Source: Zygnema circumcarinatum SAG 698-1b (lineage: Eukaryota > Plantae > Zygnematophyceae). From it: DNA of 64,000 bases. Numbering within the stretch: position 1 is the stretch's first letter; the number at the start of each line of letters is the position of its first letter. The notes below the pieces were generated by a model, which was not told the DNA's origin, searched no databases, and saw nothing but the letters and a program-made list of their open reading frames with translations. Positions 61,032 to 64,000 of the stretch are shown here, in pieces. A program made the position numbers and the translations under genes. The DNA is taken from the NCBI GenBank assembly GCA_037447605.1, contig CM074804.1, forward strand, positions 7,541,909 through 7,605,908, written 5' to 3'.

Positions 61032-61850
61032 CCATTGATTCCCGCCCCACCCAATCATTGCCAATGGTTGCAGCCATTGGCTGGCTACTCAGCCAACCAT
61101 TGCAAGCAACTGCAACCATTGGACCATTGATTCCCGCTCCACCCAACCATTGCCAATGGTTGCAACCATTGGCTCGCTTCCCAGATAACCATTGCAAGTA
61201 AGTTCAACCATTGGACAATTGATTCCCGCTCCACCCAACCATTGCCAATGGTTGCAACCATTGGCTGGCTAAGCAGCCAACCATTGCCAATAAGTGCAAC
61301 CATTGGACCATTGATTCCCGCCCCACCCAATCATTGCCAATGGTTGCAACCATTGGCTGGCTATCTAGCTAACCATTGCCAATGGTTGCAACCATTGGCT
61401 GGCTGGAGAGCCAACCATTGCCAATGTCTGCAACCATTGGATCATTCATTCCCGCCCCACCAAATAAATTGCCAATGGTTGCAACCATTGGCTGGCTTCC
61501 CAGCCAACCATTGCAATTAACTTCAACCATTGGACTATTAACTCCTGCTCCACCCAACCATTGCCGATGGTTGCAACCATTGGCTGGCTATCCAGCCAAC
61601 CATTGCCAATAACTGCAACCATTGGACCATTGATTCCCGCCCCACCCAATCATTGCCAATGGTTGCAACCATTGGCTGGCTACCCTGCCAACCATTGCCA
61701 ATAACTGCAACCATTCGACCATTGATTCCCGCCCCACCCAACCATTGGATCCTATGGTTGCAACCATTGGCTAGCTATCCTGCCAACCATTGCCAATGAC
61801 TGCAACCATTGGACCATTGATTCCCTCCCCATCCCACCATTGGATCCAAT
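61032..61850. repeat. Tandem array of about 92-bp units (about 9 copies) rich in CCAATGGTTGCAACCATTGG palindromes
   Basis: Unit starts at 61032, 61124, 61216, 61308, 61442 (one unit with an extra ~42 bp), 61535, 61627, 61719 and 61814. Confidence 0.93.
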
Positions 61851-64000
61851 GGTTGGCTGGATCGGGAACCAACGGTTTGCAAATCGCGACCATTCCAATG
61901 GTTGATCCAACTCATGGTCCGTCCAGCCCTTGGCCCGGAATGTGTTCGGCGACCCTTCGCGGACGTCCGCGATTGGGCGAGCGTCGGCCGGGCAGCTGAA
62001 GTCCGGCCACGGGCAGATTGGAAATGGTTTTGGCTGCCCCAACGGTGAAGCAAACGTCCGCGATTGGTCGTGCGTCGTCCGGGCAGCTGAAGGTTTGGTC
62101 CGGGGCAGCCCTAAACTGTTTTCGGCTGCCCTGTCTTCGAAGCAAACGTCCGCGATTGGGTGAGCGTCGGCCGGGCAGCTCAAGTTTGGCTCCGGGCAGC
62201 ATTCAAATGGTTTATTCTGCCATCCCAGGGAAATCAATCGTCCGCGATTGGGCGAGCGGCGGCAGGGCAGCTGAAATTCTTTCTGGTCCTCCGTCGCCGC
62301 GATTCCGATCAGGGGCAGCCCCCCTACGGCGCGTCCCGTCACGTCGCGCGCACCGTACCGCAGCATTCCCCAACGGCGGTGGCGCCACCTGTCCGTCCTT
62401 ACAGTTGTATCCACAGGGGAGATGATGTAGGCGCGCCGCCCGCCATTTTGGGCCACACCTCTCACTTCCGGGCAGCTCGCTGCCAAACTTGAGCTGCCCG
62501 GCCGACTCTCGCCCAATCGCGGACGCTTGCTTCACGTATAGGGCAGCCTGTTATACGTTTGGGCTGCCAGGGGGCCTCCCCAAGGCCTCGCCCCGCGGTC
62601 CGGGCTGTCATGTCTCCCTCCCTCACCGACCACCTGCTCTGTCTCGCTCTCTCGCTCTCTCCCTTCTCCCCCCTCACAATGGTTGTAACCATTGGCTGGC
62701 AACCCAGTCAACCATTGCCAATAACTGCAACCATTGGCCTATTGATCCCCGCCCCTCCCAACCATTGCCAATGGTTTCAACCATTGGCTGGCTATATAGC
62801 CAACCATTGCCAAAACTGCAACCATTGGACCATTGATTCCCTCTCCACCCCACCATTGGATCCAATGGTTGGCCGGATCGGCAACCAACGGTTTGCAAAT
62901 CGCGACCATTTCAATCGTTGATCCAACTTATGGTCCGTCCAGCCCTTGGCCCGGAATGTGTTCGGCGACCCTTCGCGGACGTCCGCGATTGGGCGAGCGT
63001 CGGCCGGGCAGCTGAAGTCCGGCCACGGGCAGATTGGAAATGGTTTTGGCTGCCCCAACGGTGAAGCAAACGTCCGCGATTGGTCGTGCGTCGTCCGGGC
63101 AGCTGAAGGTTTGGTCCGGGGCAGCCCTAAACTGTTTTCGGCTGCCCTGTCTTCGAAGCAAACGTCCGCGATTGGGTGAGCGTCGGCCGGGCAGCTCAAG
63201 TTTGGCTCCGGGCAGCATTCAAATGGTTTATTCTGCCATCCCAGGGAAATCAATCGTCCGCGATTGGGCGAGCGGCGGCAGGGCAGCTGAAATTCTTTCT
63301 GGTCCTCCGTCGCCGCGATTCCGATCAGGGGCAGCCCCCCTACGGCGCGTCCCGTCACGTCGCGCGCACCGTACCGCAGCATTCCCCAACGGCGGTGGCG
63401 CCACCTGTCCGTCCTTACAGTTGTATCCACAGGGGAGATGATGTAGGCGCGCCGCCCGCCATTTTGGGCCACACCTCTCACTTCCGGGCAGCTCGCTGCC
63501 AAACTTGAGCTGCCCGGCCGACTCTCGCCCAATCGCGGACGCTTGCTTCACGTATAGGGCAGCCTGTTATACGTTTGGGCTGCCGGGGGGCCTCCCCAAG
63601 GCCTCGCCCCGCGGTCCGGGCTGTCATGTTTCCCTCCCTCCCTCACCGACCACCTCGCTCTCGCTCTCTCGCTCTCTCCCTTCTCCCCCCTCACAATGGT
63701 TGTAACCATTGGCTGGCAACCCAGTCAACCATTGCCAATAACTGCAACCATTGGCCTATTGATCCCCGCCCCTCCCAACCATTGCCAATGGTTTCAACCA
63801 TTGGCTGGCTATATAGCCAACCATTGCCAAAACTGCAACCATTGGACCATTGATTCCCTCTCCACCCCACCATTGGATCCAATGGTTGGCCGGATCGGCA
63901 ACCAACGGTTTGCAAATCGCGACCATTTCAATCGTTGATCCAACTTATGGTCCGTCCAGCCCTTGGCCCGGAATGTGTTCGGCGACCCTTCGCGGACGTC
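61833..64000. repeat. Tandem array of 1016-1017-bp units: 2 full near-identical copies plus the start of a third
   Basis: The landmark cccaccattggatccaatgg occurs at 61833, 62849 and 63866. Identical ORFs are offset by 1016 (61912/62928, 62160/63176) and 1017 (62674/63691). Confidence 0.95.

Larger units (their letters stand above)
60969..64000. mobile_element. Large non-coding element starting with the same TIR as the 6247-6538 MITE, filled with tandem repeats; the right end is beyond the window
   Basis: AGGGGGAGTCAGACCTTGACCATCGC at 60969-60994 is identical to the reverse complement of the MITE right end, and AAT precedes it. Confidence 0.7.

Noticed and set aside
61032-61850. Regularly spaced palindromic repeats resembling a CRISPR array
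   Set aside because: The intervening sequences are also repeated rather than unique spacers, no cas genes are present, and the context is eukaryotic.
61752-63938. Duplicated 100-250 aa ORFs in the 1016-bp repeat
   Set aside because: These are GC-rich repeat-derived frames on both strands with no recognisable transposase or other domain.

Overview
Eukaryotic, intron-rich plant-lineage DNA; the gene set and compact introns suggest a streptophyte alga or early-diverging land plant (inference). The raw ORF track is therefore mostly exon fragments or noise, and gene models below were spliced by eye using GT-AG sites and reading phase. Gene order: DEMETER/ROS1-like 5mC glycosylase (-, runs off the window start); CID7-like PAM2/Smr protein with an extra N-terminal domain (+); organellar IleRS (+); RPA3 (+); a head-to-head pair of paralogous CHASE-domain hybrid histidine kinases (- then +); NDUFB10 (-); a conserved plant protein (-); a RIN13-like Cys/His protein (+); a weak plastid-type gene (-); and a large TIR-bounded element of nested tandem repeats running off the window end. 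The strongest lead is the kinase pair. The + copy has a canonical H-box ([11 protein letters not shown]), while the - copy has Gln in place of the phospho-accepting His (MTQEVRAPMRG) yet keeps its ATP-binding boxes and receiver Asp. Ten G-boxes lie in the region between the two genes. A second lead is a TIR transposon family (AGGGGGAGTCAGACCTTGACCA) found twice, both times inserted after AAT in (GC)CAAT-type microsatellites.
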